From Candidatus Sulfomarinibacteraceae bacterium (GTDB lineage Bacteria; Acidobacteriota; Thermoanaerobaculia; Thermoanaerobaculales; Sulfomarinibacteraceae): a stretch of 64,000 nt of DNA. The notes beneath the pieces were generated by a model that was given only the letters and a program-made list of their open reading frames with translations, was not told the DNA's origin and did not search any database. The DNA lies in contig CAWCLO010000004.1 in NCBI GenBank assembly GCA_963796455.1, forward strand, positions 1,088,001 through 1,152,000. Direction: 5' to 3'. Positions 20,126 through 29,899 of the stretch are shown here, in pieces. Every line of letters starts with the position of its first letter. Positions within the stretch are counted from its first letter, which is position 1. Both the position numbers and the translations under genes were made by a program.

Positions 20126-20935
20126 TCAATTCTGGACGGCCCGCTGCAAGACATCCACGAAGTTCTCAGGTTGGAACCAGTGCGGATTGTGGCCGCCTTC
20201 CATGACAACGACCTGCCACCCTCGCGATCGCGCCCGGTCGGCAAAAACACCGAAGTTGTCGGAGTCCTCTCCTTTTTCCACTGTCAGGATGTAAACTGCG
20301 TGAAGCGCGGTCGCCTCCGGATTGTCGATCACGATTTCTTCGGTGAAGGTGAGGAGGGGCTGCGGTACGTCAACCGGCGGCGGTTTTCCGGCCTCGACCC
20401 ACCTCGGGACGAGTTGCCAGGCCTCGGCATCGCCGGCTCCCGCCGTCGCCATCGAATCGATGGCGTCGCCAAAGAGACCGGAGACCGATTCGCCTTCCTC
20501 CGGAAGAATGGCGTCGAGATAGACCAGCGTGCGAATCCGTTCCGGGACACGCTCGGCAACACCGGTGATCACCATCCCGCCGTAGCTGTGTCCTACCAGC
20601 ACGATCTGGTGAAGATCCTCGAACTCGAGCACGTTGACGATGTCTTCGATGTGGGTCGAAAGCCCCACATCGGCGGCGGCCAGGTGAACCCTTTCACCGA
20701 GACCGGTCATCGTCGGCCTCAGAACAGAGTGACCCTCCGCCTCGAGCAGGGGCTGGACTTTGGCGAATTGCCATCCTCCACCCCAGGCTCCATGAACGAA
20801 GACGATGGTCATCGCCTCCGAATCGGATCTCCCCTGCTGCGGCTTTGAGGAACTGCACGCGGTTGTAGCCATTAGAGCCAGAGCCACGATCAGGAACGGC
20901 AGCAAACCACGCCCGTTCAATCCTGCTGGTTTCAT
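20126..20935 (-). CDS. Alpha/beta hydrolase (esterase), probable lipoprotein
   Basis: VHGAWGG, GHSYGG, YLDA and GGH motifs; lipobox-like TTAC; GGAGG RBS before 20935. Confidence 0.88.
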   Translation of the reverse strand: MKPAGLNGRGLLPFLIVALALMATTACSSSKPQQGRSDSEAMTIVFVHGAWGGGWQFAKVQPLLEAEGHSVLRPTMTGLGERVHLAAADVGLSTHIEDIVNVLEFEDLHQIVLVGHSYGGMVITGVAERVPERIRTLVYLDAILPEEGESVSGLFGDAIDSMATAGAGDAEAWQLVPRWVEAGKPPPVDVPQPLLTFTEEIVIDNPEATALHAVYILTVEKGEDSDNFGVFADRARSRGWQVVVMEGGHNPHWFQPENFVDVLQRAVQN

Positions 20936-21081
20936 CAGTCCTCCCTTTGCCCGGGCCCATCCTAAGCGATTGCGGATCGACCGAAGATGGAGCCAAAAAC
21001 CAGAATGGGCCATTTCTGTTCGGCAACTGCATCAAATCAAGACATTTCTCCTGTGACGAGCCTTTGATTCGGCTCCAGAAG

Positions 21082-21096
21082 TGGCATCAGTCTTGC
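21082..21096 (+). promoter_or_regulatory. Possible sigma54 promoter
   Basis: TGGCAT-CAGTC-TTGC, but very close to ATG 21111. Confidence 0.45.
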
Positions 21097-21110
21097 TCTT
21101 TGGAGTGATC

Positions 21111-23789
21111 ATGAGGACATTCGAGAGAGCCCTTTCATTCTTCGCCATCGCTTTCGCCGCCCTTTCTATTCTGGCGTTCGGGCCCGCAGCCCAAGCCGCC
21201 TATCTGGAAAACGTGCCACAGGTCCTGATCCAACCGGACGGCTCCCGAATCGAGTGTTTTGCCAGTGGTGACGAGCACTATCACTGGTTGCACGATGCCG
21301 AGGGCTTTGTCATCGTCCGCGATCCGGAGACCGGCTTCTGGGTTTGGGCGGAAGCGGCTGAGGGCGACCTCGCACCGACCGAGTACGTGGTCGGCCGCAT
21401 TCCACCGCGCTACCTGGATCTCGAGCCGAACATCGCTCCTGACCGAAGTGTGCTGGAAAACCGGAACGCGAACCTCTTCCAGGCGCCACCATCGCAGCCC
21501 GCTCCCGCAACCGGAACGATGGAAAACATAGTGATCTTCATCCGATTCAGTGATGAGGCAGAATTCGGCGAAGCCATCAGCGGCTACGATGAAGACTTCA
21601 ATTCAACCACACCGGGCGACAGTTCGATGAAGGCATATTTTGACGAGGTCTCGTACAACCAGCTCACCATCAATTCCACGTTCTATCCAACCCCCGGCAC
21701 CAACGTGGTTTCCTACCAAGACGCCCAACCCCGCGCCTACTATCAGCCTTATAACGCAGCCACGAACATCACGGGATACAGCACCTCCGGCGAAAGGACG
21801 ACCCGCGAACACACCCTTCTCAAAAACGCCGTCGACGCCGTCTCGTCGCAGGTTCCGGTAGGACTCGATGTAGATGGCGACAACGACGGGCGGGTCGATA
21901 ATGTCGTTTTTATCGTCAAGGGTTTCCCGGATGGGTGGAGTGACCTCCTCTGGCCCCACCGTTGGGCCCTCTATTCACAAACGGCCTCGATCAATGGCGC
22001 AACGGTCTGGGACTACAACCTCCAGCTGAGCTCTGCGATCGGGGTCGGTGTGCTGTGCCACGAAATGTTCCACTCCCTGGGGGCTCCTGATCTCTACCAC
22101 TACACTTCAAATGGAGTCCGTCCCGTCGGGCGGTGGGATCTGATGGAACAGAACGCGAACCCGCCGCAGCACATGACGATGTATATGAAGATGCGCTACG
22201 GCGATTGGGTCGCCTCGATCCCGACGATTACAACCAACGGGACCTACACCCTCAACCCGGTGACCTCCTCCACCAACAACGCTTACAGGATCGCCTCGCC
22301 CCACACTACCGGAGAGTACTTTGTCGTCGAATACCGGCGGAAGACCGGTACCTTCGAAAACTCGGTGCCCGGTTCGGGGCTGATCGTCTATCGAATCAAC
22401 ACCGCCGCGGATGGCACCGGGAATCGCAACGGCCCGCCCGATGAGGTCTACGTCTATCGCCCGGGCGGGAGCAACTCCGTCAACGGCGACCCCTACTCCG
22501 CCCATTTCAGCCTCGACACCGGCCGGACCCAGATCAACGACTCCACCGACCCGTCGTCTTTTCTTCAGGACAACAGTTCCGGTGGCCTCGATATCTCGGA
22601 TGTCACCGCCGCCGGGGCCACGATTTCGTTCGATGTGATCGTGGAGCCCGACGACGATTTCAGCATCAGCGCCACCCCGCCCAGCCAAGAGGTCTGCCAG
22701 GGATCCAACGCCGACTTCGAGGTGGCCGTTCAGCAGATCGCCGCCTTTTCGGGCCCGGTGTCTCTGAGCGCCGGCGGAACGCCCTCCGGAGCGACTGGTG
22801 CATTCTCCACCAACCCGGTCAACACGGTTCCCGGAACCAGCACCTTCACGGTGAGCAACACCGCGGCGGCTTCACCCGGCACTTCGACCATCACAATCAC
22901 CGGCACCGGGAGCCCGGGAAGCCACGACGACACGGTAGATCTCACCATCATCACGACCCCCAGCTCTGCGACCCTTCAAAGCCCACCCAACGGCGCCACC
23001 GGTATTTCGATAGCACCCATCTTCATCTGGAATGCGGTCGCCGGCGCCACTTCTTACACCATCCAGATCGCATCCGACGCAGGCTTCCAAAGCATCGTCG
23101 ACAGTGCCGTTGTCCAGGTCACGAATTACTCGGGCGCGACCCTCGACCCGGACACCACGTATCACTGGCGGGTTTTCGCCTCCAACTCCTGCGGACCGGG
23201 AAGCACCTCGGCACCCTTCAGCCTGACCACGGACGACGGATCGACGGTGTGCAGCAACATCCTCACGGAACCCGGCTTCGAGGCCGGGACCGGCTCAGCC
23301 TGGTCGGAGAGTTCGAGCAATGGGTGGATTCTCATCGATGATACTAACCCCCGTACCGGCACCTACTCCGCCTGGTTGGGTGGTGACGACGAGGAGACTT
23401 CAAATGTCTGGCAGGTGCCGGATATCGACGCATCGGCCTCATCCGCGACATTGAAATACTGGTACTTCATCGACTCGCCGGATTCTTGCGGCAATGATAA
23501 CGGTGGCCTCGAGATCAACGGGACGCCGGCAAGCGGCCACAATTATGACCTGTGTACGACCACAGATACAGGAGTCAACTGGCTCGAGTCCGCCACCGTC
23601 GATCTGCTTTCCCTGGCCGGTTCGTCCCCGACGATCACGTTCTTTGCCACCACGGACGAATCATCCATAAGCCACCTGTTCATTGATGACGTCACACTTG
23701 AAGTCTGTGTGCCGGGAGCTCCGCCCGCCATGTTCAGCGACGGCTTCGAATCGGGAGACACATCCTCCTGGACCAGCGCCGTGCCATAG
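21111..23789 (+). CDS. Secreted M6 (immune inhibitor A-like) metalloprotease with Ig/FN3 and CBM-like domains and a C-terminal DGFES motif (copy 1)
   Basis: HEMFHSLGAPDLY, WDLM, EYFVVEYR and GLIVYRIN motifs; ends MFSDGFESGDTSSWTSAVP. Confidence 0.92.
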   Translation: MRTFERALSFFAIAFAALSILAFGPAAQAAYLENVPQVLIQPDGSRIECFASGDEHYHWLHDAEGFVIVRDPETGFWVWAEAAEGDLAPTEYVVGRIPPRYLDLEPNIAPDRSVLENRNANLFQAPPSQPAPATGTMENIVIFIRFSDEAEFGEAISGYDEDFNSTTPGDSSMKAYFDEVSYNQLTINSTFYPTPGTNVVSYQDAQPRAYYQPYNAATNITGYSTSGERTTREHTLLKNAVDAVSSQVPVGLDVDGDNDGRVDNVVFIVKGFPDGWSDLLWPHRWALYSQTASINGATVWDYNLQLSSAIGVGVLCHEMFHSLGAPDLYHYTSNGVRPVGRWDLMEQNANPPQHMTMYMKMRYGDWVASIPTITTNGTYTLNPVTSSTNNAYRIASPHTTGEYFVVEYRRKTGTFENSVPGSGLIVYRINTAADGTGNRNGPPDEVYVYRPGGSNSVNGDPYSAHFSLDTGRTQINDSTDPSSFLQDNSSGGLDISDVTAAGATISFDVIVEPDDDFSISATPPSQEVCQGSNADFEVAVQQIAAFSGPVSLSAGGTPSGATGAFSTNPVNTVPGTSTFTVSNTAAASPGTSTITITGTGSPGSHDDTVDLTIITTPSSATLQSPPNGATGISIAPIFIWNAVAGATSYTIQIASDAGFQSIVDSAVVQVTNYSGATLDPDTTYHWRVFASNSCGPGSTSAPFSLTTDDGSTVCSNILTEPGFEAGTGSAWSESSSNGWILIDDTNPRTGTYSAWLGGDDEETSNVWQVPDIDASASSATLKYWYFIDSPDSCGNDNGGLEINGTPASGHNYDLCTTTDTGVNWLESATVDLLSLAGSSPTITFFATTDESSISHLFIDDVTLEVCVPGAPPAMFSDGFESGDTSSWTSAVP

Positions 23790-23832
23790 GAAGCGCGGCG
23801 CCGGTCGAGGGGATGGCGGCGTACCCCGCGGC

Positions 23833-24645
23833 CTATGCCTGGTGCACCACGATCTGATCGAAGGGAATCTCGATGCCCGCCGCTTCGAGGGCATTGTAGA
23901 TTTCGATCCGGACGTTGTGCTGCATCGTTGGGAAGTTATCGGGCAAACTCCACGGCCGGGCATACAGATCCAGCGACGAGGCGCCGAAACCGCCAAAGGC
24001 CACATCCGGTGCCGGGTCCTCGAGCACGAGATCCGCTTGCACGCAGGCCTTCTGGATCACATCCATTGCCTTCGCCATATCGGTGCCGTAGGCGACGCCG
24101 ATGGAGATATTGGCCCGGACCTTTCCCTGCATCGCATAGTTGATGATCGAATCATCGGTGATCTTCGAGTTCGGAATGATGATTGTCTCGTTATCGGGAG
24201 TCCGCAACGTGGTCGCAAAAAGACCGATTTCTTGAACCCCACCGGTATGGCCTGCGACTGTCACCCGCTGACCGATATCGATCGGCCGGAAGACCAGCAT
24301 CATCACGCCGGCCGCAAAGTTCGACAAACTTCCCTGGAGGGCAAAACCGACCGCCAGGCCCGCTGCACCCAGGATGGCTACCAGACTCGTGCTCTGGACG
24401 CCGACCTTGCCGAGCGCCGCAATCACCGCGGCGGCAAGAATGCCGTATCGCACGATCGAGGCCAGGAATCGTCCGAGCGCCTGGTCCAGATTCCGTTTCG
24501 TGATCATCCTGACGACCACCCGGTAGGCCCATTTGGAGATCATCCAACCAATGATCAGAATCAGCAGGGCGGTCAATGCACCCACCAGTAACGGCGCATA
24601 GGGATCCAGGGCGTCGGGCAACAGAACTCTCATCGCTTCGAGCAT
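23833..24645 (-). CDS. mscS: Small-conductance mechanosensitive channel
   Basis: GAAGLAVGFALQGSLSNFAAG, IIIPNS and GIEIPF motifs. Confidence 0.93.
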   Translation of the reverse strand: MLEAMRVLLPDALDPYAPLLVGALTALLILIIGWMISKWAYRVVVRMITKRNLDQALGRFLASIVRYGILAAAVIAALGKVGVQSTSLVAILGAAGLAVGFALQGSLSNFAAGVMMLVFRPIDIGQRVTVAGHTGGVQEIGLFATTLRTPDNETIIIPNSKITDDSIINYAMQGKVRANISIGVAYGTDMAKAMDVIQKACVQADLVLEDPAPDVAFGGFGASSLDLYARPWSLPDNFPTMQHNVRIEIYNALEAAGIEIPFDQIVVHQA

Positions 24646-24723
24646 TTCAATTCCTCCTTGTGCTGTGTTGACAGAGGGATTCTACAGAAAGTCACATGGG
24701 AGGGCGAACGGGTTACGAATATA

Positions 24724-24826
24724 GCTATGGGGCTATGGGGCTATGGGGCTATGGGGCTATGGGCCGTGAGGTTCTCTCAACGCAGTGTTAGGACCTCATC
24801 GCCTCACTGCCCCACTGCCTCATAGC
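24724..24826. repeat. Octamer tandem (GCTATGGG)x5 with a degenerate inverted counterpart
   Basis: Five perfect copies at 24724-24763; CCTCATCG-CCTCACTG-CCCCACTG-CCTCATAGC at 24794-24826 approximates the reverse complement. Confidence 0.85.
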
Positions 24827-24830
24827 AACG

Positions 24831-24856
24831 AAAAAGGGGCTGCCGAAGCAGCCCCT
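24831..24856 (-). terminator. Rho-independent terminator after TonB receptor 2
   Basis: Minus strand GGGGCTGC-TTCG-GCAGCCCC-TTTTT. Confidence 0.9.
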
Positions 24857-24888
24857 GGTTGTGCGTGTGAACGCTGTTGATGAAAGCC

Positions 24889-27800
24889 CTAGAACTCGAA
24901 CTTGAGGGTCAAGCGGAGTTCGCGCGGCGCCTGGACGGCGTTGTCCAAACCGAACGCGACATCAAGGGCATCCGGACCGAGGCTCGCCAGCAGCGCAGAA
25001 TAATCATAGCCGGCAATGACATCGTCGGCGTCGATTGGAACGTCCTGCAGGGCAGTTTTGTTCCAGATCGAGGTCACTGCCGACTGGTCGAAGAGGTTGA
25101 GCACGGTCAGACCGACTGTGAAGCCCAGTCCCCGGCCAAAGGTAAAGGTATAGAAAAGCGAGAGATCGGTCTGGGTGATCCACTCGGTCCGGCCCAGATC
25201 GCCACGTCCAAAGGGATAGAACTCATTCCCCAGTGGCACTGTGCCGACGGTCGTGAGGGGAGTACCGCTGCCAAAGTATTGGTTAGCACCAACGTTGAGG
25301 CCCATCGGGAAACTATAGAGGAACTGTACACCGAGCTGATGGGTGCGGTCTGTCGGCAGGTCGCCGTATACGAGATCGCCGTCCTCATCGTAGTAGCCGA
25401 AGACCGAGTCGTAGAGCCGACTGACGTTCGGCGAACGGCGAGCTCCGGTTCCGGCGGCGTTGCGCGGACTGTAGAAATTGTTCATTTCGTCCGAATTGGC
25501 GAGACCGGAGTAGTTGCCGTAGAGGCGGCTGAGGGTGTAGTACGCCCGCAGCGACCAGTTGTCGGCAAAACGTTTGTCGAAGGTAAACTCGAGCGCATCG
25601 TAGTCGCGCTGCGGTTTCGGAAAACGCAGACCGTTATCGGTCGGCTCTTCGGTAAGGCCTTCGCCCGGATTGCCGATGACATAGACCTCACCGATGCCGG
25701 GGAAGAGGAAGCCGATGTCCTCGATCGAGCGCTTGAGCTCCTTGTGAACCAGGCGAGCACCCAGTTGCATTGTGTTGTTGAGTTGATGGTCAACACCGAT
25801 CTGGTATTCATAGTTCTCCATCGGTTTGATGTCGGGGTCGACGAGCGGCACGCCGATCGCTTCCCACTCCGCCGGGTCTGCGGCGTTATGCCGGCGATCC
25901 ACTGGCTCGATGAAGGTACCCGCGCCACAGACCGGGCGCTCATTGATCGTGTTGGTTCCGACACGGCAGCCGGCCGCGGTGTTGAGACCCGGGTTGGGCG
26001 AGTCCATTGTGTAGAAGAAGTCAACCCATTTGTTACCGCCGAAGGATCCACGTGGCATCTCGTACTTGGTCACATCGTAGTATTTGCCCATGGAACCATA
26101 GAGCTTCCACTTGGCGTTGTTCATGATGTCCCAGGCAAAACCGATACGCGGGGCGATCTTCTCACCGAAGTTGAACTCGATCGCCGGGTCGGGGCCGGTG
26201 GCGCCGAAGTTCGGGATCGCCTCATGCTCGGAACGGATGCCGAGGTTGAGGGTCAGGTTGGGCAGCACGCTCCACGCATCCTGGATGAAGATCGCTTCGT
26301 TGTTGGTCTCCACAGCACCGAAGGCCGAAATGTTGAGCAAACGGAAGTAGCCGTAATCTCCGGTCACGCTCTCCGATGACGTGGTTGTATAGGACTGATC
26401 CCAGTAATAGATAATACGATCTGCGTTATATCCCGATGCGACATCGTTGGCGATCTTCTCGTTCTGGTATCCGAATTTCAGCGAGTGGTCGCCGGCGCCA
26501 CGGAAGTACGCGGTGCCGTCGATTGCGTAGGCGGTCCGTTCGTAGATGTCACGAATGTCCACACCAGTCCTCAAGTTGTCACTGAGCCATCCGCGATCAT
26601 GCTGCCATTCCGGTGGGATGTCGGGATGCCGATCCACGAAACCGGCGAGACCGAAATAATTGTGAATGACCGGGAAGATGGGGATACCGGTGTCTTCACT
26701 GTTGGTCTTGTAATAGCCGACGCGGCCGCTGACGACAAAGCTGTCGCTGGCGATCCAGTCGGCATTCAAGTAATAGGTCTCACGCTCGCCCTTGACTCCA
26801 AGCGGTGAATAATTGTCATCGTCCGGAAGGTCGGAACGACCGTCAGGGTTGGGGAGCAGGCCATCCGTCTCATAAGGCGAGAGGTTGAGGCCGGCCTTCA
26901 ACAGCAGCGCACTCGAGATATTGGCGGACAGGTTCGCGGTCGCATAGTCGATCTGGAAGTCCTGCTTATAGGTCTGCGGATCATAGCTCACCCAATCCAC
27001 ATAACGCTCGGTCGAGCGAATGCCGGGGATATATGACGCAAAAAACCACAGACGATCCCGAAGGATCGGACCGCCGATCGAGAAACCCGGATCCCAGCGG
27101 GTCTCGTTGTCCTTTCTGTAGGTCTCGCGATACGCGAGGGTCGGATCCTCGAGGTCGTACTCGATCTCACCGCGCTGGGCGCCGTTCCAGGAATTATCCT
27201 CGTAGTCGACAAAGACCGAGCCGTGGAACTCGTTTGAGCCCGACTTGGTCACGGCGTTCACCACGCCGCCCATCGCGCCGCCATACTCGGCCATGTAACC
27301 GGCCGACTTGACCTGGACCTCTTCCATCATCTCGGCGCGAATCGGCACCGAGCTGTTTCCGATCTGAGGATCGGTGGTGTCGAGGCCGTCGATGATGAAA
27401 CGGTTCTCGAGACCGGAAGCGCCATCAACCATGATGCCGCCGCCCTGGTCCTCGGTCGTCGCGCCGGCAGCAAAGCTCACCACATCGGTGAAGTCCCGAC
27501 CGCGCGGAAGGAATTCGATCTCCCATTCGCGGACACTGAGTTCCGTCTGGCTCTCCGTGAAATCGATGGCGATCGTGTCCTGGTGGACGATGATCTCCTC
27601 CGAGAACGTCTGCTGAAGTGAGAAGTTGACAGTCGTGGACTGACCGAGCACCACCGTCATATCAGCCGACATCGGCTGAAAACCTTCAAAGGTTGTCGAC
27701 ACGGTGTAGGATCCTGGCGCCACCCTTGGAAAACGGAAGCGGCCATCGGCGGCAGAAACGGTTGACACCGTGCCGCTGGTACCACTCGCATTGACGAGCG

Positions 27801-27933
27801 CGCCGGCGATCGGCGTACCGACGTCGTTAACGACGGTACCGGTAATTGATCCTGTGGTTTCCTGCGCCACGACCGCGGTGCTGCCGAGCACCAGGATCGC
27901 AACCGCACACGAAATGATAAATCGTCTGGACAT
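24889..27933 (-). CDS. TonB-dependent receptor (Oar-like) with carboxypeptidase-regulatory-like N-domain
   Basis: Signal peptide, AEYGGAMGGVVNAVTKSGSN plug, APRIGFAWD, C-terminal LKFEF. Confidence 0.93.
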   Translation of the reverse strand: MSRRFIISCAVAILVLGSTAVVAQETTGSITGTVVNDVGTPIAGALVNASGTSGTVSTVSAADGRFRFPRVAPGSYTVSTTFEGFQPMSADMTVVLGQSTTVNFSLQQTFSEEIIVHQDTIAIDFTESQTELSVREWEIEFLPRGRDFTDVVSFAAGATTEDQGGGIMVDGASGLENRFIIDGLDTTDPQIGNSSVPIRAEMMEEVQVKSAGYMAEYGGAMGGVVNAVTKSGSNEFHGSVFVDYEDNSWNGAQRGEIEYDLEDPTLAYRETYRKDNETRWDPGFSIGGPILRDRLWFFASYIPGIRSTERYVDWVSYDPQTYKQDFQIDYATANLSANISSALLLKAGLNLSPYETDGLLPNPDGRSDLPDDDNYSPLGVKGERETYYLNADWIASDSFVVSGRVGYYKTNSEDTGIPIFPVIHNYFGLAGFVDRHPDIPPEWQHDRGWLSDNLRTGVDIRDIYERTAYAIDGTAYFRGAGDHSLKFGYQNEKIANDVASGYNADRIIYYWDQSYTTTSSESVTGDYGYFRLLNISAFGAVETNNEAIFIQDAWSVLPNLTLNLGIRSEHEAIPNFGATGPDPAIEFNFGEKIAPRIGFAWDIMNNAKWKLYGSMGKYYDVTKYEMPRGSFGGNKWVDFFYTMDSPNPGLNTAAGCRVGTNTINERPVCGAGTFIEPVDRRHNAADPAEWEAIGVPLVDPDIKPMENYEYQIGVDHQLNNTMQLGARLVHKELKRSIEDIGFLFPGIGEVYVIGNPGEGLTEEPTDNGLRFPKPQRDYDALEFTFDKRFADNWSLRAYYTLSRLYGNYSGLANSDEMNNFYSPRNAAGTGARRSPNVSRLYDSVFGYYDEDGDLVYGDLPTDRTHQLGVQFLYSFPMGLNVGANQYFGSGTPLTTVGTVPLGNEFYPFGRGDLGRTEWITQTDLSLFYTFTFGRGLGFTVGLTVLNLFDQSAVTSIWNKTALQDVPIDADDVIAGYDYSALLASLGPDALDVAFGLDNAVQAPRELRLTLKFEF

Positions 27934-28114
27934 GTTTCATTCCTCCTCGAAAAATGGATGACGATGCCGCACCGGGTGGTTTTGAAACCCCCGACCCGAT
28001 CCGGCGGCCGCGTGGGCCTGCCCCCTTCGCACCTTGGAGCCTCCTTTCAATCGATCAACAAGAAAATTGGGTTTTGACTGCATAATTCTGGTTGAATTCA
28101 TTCAATAAACGTTC

Positions 28115-28163
28115 CCCACCCGATGCCCACCCCATCCCCATAATTTGCCCACAACTACCCCAT
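28115..28163. promoter_or_regulatory. Five direct repeats CCCAY at an exact 11-bp period (candidate operator)
   Basis: CCCA at 28115, 28126, 28137, 28148 and 28159 in the divergent intergenic region. Confidence 0.55.
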
Positions 28164-28413
28164 ATCAGAATTGGTTAACGCTGGTATTAAGAGGCTTATA
28201 CATTTTTACCGAACGTTCGTTTGGCGTTTCTTCCATAAACGACCGGCTTTTTTAATCCGATTTTCCGAACGAAGATTTCATAAACCGTACAAAAGAAGCG
28301 TCAAAGTTCAAATCCACCCGCGGCCGAGATCGCTTCACCGGGGAATCGTTCAGATCATGTGAATTCGACCAGTGCGCTGTCGGTGGTGCTAGGCTGCTGC
28401 GCCGGAGAATCAG

Positions 28414-29145
28414 TTGAAGCCGAGAATCCTTCTATTGCAGGCGCGGGACGACGACGATCCCATGGCGGAACACGAGCACAGATGTTTTGCCGATCAGAGC
28501 GGATTGCCGATTGAAAACGTGGTGGTCCACGATCTGTGTGCGGGACCGCCAACGCTTGCGCAGGTACGAGACTTCGACTGCCTGATGGTGGGCGGTGCCG
28601 GAGACTATTACGTCTCGAAGCAGAACCTCCCCCACTTCGAAGAGACCCTCGATCTCCTTCGCGAGATCGTCGCGGCACGACACCCGACCTTTGCGTCGTG
28701 CTTTGGTTATCAGTGCCTGGTGGCGGCCCTCGGCGGCGAGATCGTTTTTGACGCCGCCAACACCGAGGTCGGGACCTATGATCTGATGCTGACCGAAGAG
28801 GGTCGCCGCGATGAGCTCTTCGGCGCGATGCCCGATCGATTCCCAGCCCAGCTGGGTCGCAAGGACCGCGCAGTCCGCCACCCCGATGGCATTCCGAATC
28901 TTGCCCAAAGCGAGGCCTGCCCGCTGCAGGCCCTGCGGGTGCCGGGTGCACCGATCTGGGCAACCCAGTTCCACCCGGAACTCGACCGCGAAACCAATGC
29001 CGATCGCTACCGACACTACCTCGTTGGCTACGCGCCCCATATGAGTGACGAAGAAATGGCGGCTGCCCTCGAGCGCTTTGTCGAGAGTCCCGAGGCCTCC
29101 AGCCTGCTACAGCGGTTCCTCGATCTGGTTTTCAGCACCGGGTAG
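28414..29145 (+). CDS. Class I glutamine amidotransferase
   Basis: ASCFGYQ nucleophile elbow and QFHPE. Confidence 0.9.
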   Translation: MKPRILLLQARDDDDPMAEHEHRCFADQSGLPIENVVVHDLCAGPPTLAQVRDFDCLMVGGAGDYYVSKQNLPHFEETLDLLREIVAARHPTFASCFGYQCLVAALGGEIVFDAANTEVGTYDLMLTEEGRRDELFGAMPDRFPAQLGRKDRAVRHPDGIPNLAQSEACPLQALRVPGAPIWATQFHPELDRETNADRYRHYLVGYAPHMSDEEMAAALERFVESPEASSLLQRFLDLVFSTG

Positions 29146-29232
29146 TTTCGCCGTTTTTCACGCGCTTTTGAGAAGAATCTACATAGGGCTGTTTCGACCA
29201 TAGATATTTGACACCTAGGCTATAATTAGAAG

Positions 29233-29847
29233 GTGTCAAAAAGAACATTTTCCCTGTTTCACCTGGTGTTGATCTCTGTCCTCGTGACGGGCGGCGCTTT
29301 CGCGGCGGACCTCGTCTCCAACGGTGATTTCGGATCCAACACCAACGATTGGCGTCAGGTAGGACGCGGAACGATGACCCACGATGCCGACGGCGCGGTG
29401 GCGGCCGGATCCCTGAATCACGACGCCGGGCTCGCAGGAAACGCGAGCCAGGCCATCGCCGGCCAATGCATCAGCGGCGTACCGGGCGGCCAGGAGCTCC
29501 AGTTTCAGGCGTCGGTGAAAATCGTCGCTGGAAGCCCCTCCTATTGCCGGGTTGCTCTTTTTGAGAGCGAAGGCGACGACTGCCTCTGGATAGAGCTCGG
29601 GGCCGAGGCACGCCGAGCATTCTTTGGTGCGAACTGGAACACGATTGTCGGAGCTTCTCACACAACATCTCTGACAACCGGATCGGTTGAGTTGCGGCTT
29701 CATTGCGCAAAAACGACCGGCGACACCGCCGCCCTCGAGGTCCGATGGGACGATGTCGCCGTAACAACGGTCGGTCTTCCAACCCTGATCTTTGACGACG
29801 ATTTCGAGAGTGCGGACACCACCGAGTGGACCGCAACCTCACCCTGA
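29233..29847 (+). CDS. Secreted CBM4/9-like beta-sandwich protein with a C-terminal DGFES-type motif
   Basis: Signal peptide ending AFA; LVSNGDF...WDDVAV; ends IFDDDFESADTTEWTATSP. Confidence 0.75.
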   Translation: MSKRTFSLFHLVLISVLVTGGAFAADLVSNGDFGSNTNDWRQVGRGTMTHDADGAVAAGSLNHDAGLAGNASQAIAGQCISGVPGGQELQFQASVKIVAGSPSYCRVALFESEGDDCLWIELGAEARRAFFGANWNTIVGASHTTSLTTGSVELRLHCAKTTGDTAALEVRWDDVAVTTVGLPTLIFDDDFESADTTEWTATSP

Positions 29848-29899
29848 AATCTTATACAAACAGCTTCTCCGCTTGATGGCGGAGAAAGGAGCTAGAAAA

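Noticed and set aside
24877..26379. Long antisense ORFs (also 1000-1818, 5571-6815, 13261-14541, 23683-24591, 31727-32806, 40586-42601, 50506-51684)
   Set aside because: They are shadows of well-supported opposite-strand genes in GC-rich DNA and show no motifs.
27950..28045. Riboswitch in the TonB receptor 2 leader
   Set aside because: GC-rich hairpins are possible, but I could not recognise cobalamin, TPP or c-di-GMP signature motifs.
29208..29226. Perfect TTGACA and TATAAT as one sigma70 promoter
   Set aside because: They are only 7 bp apart; at most the -10 box is used.
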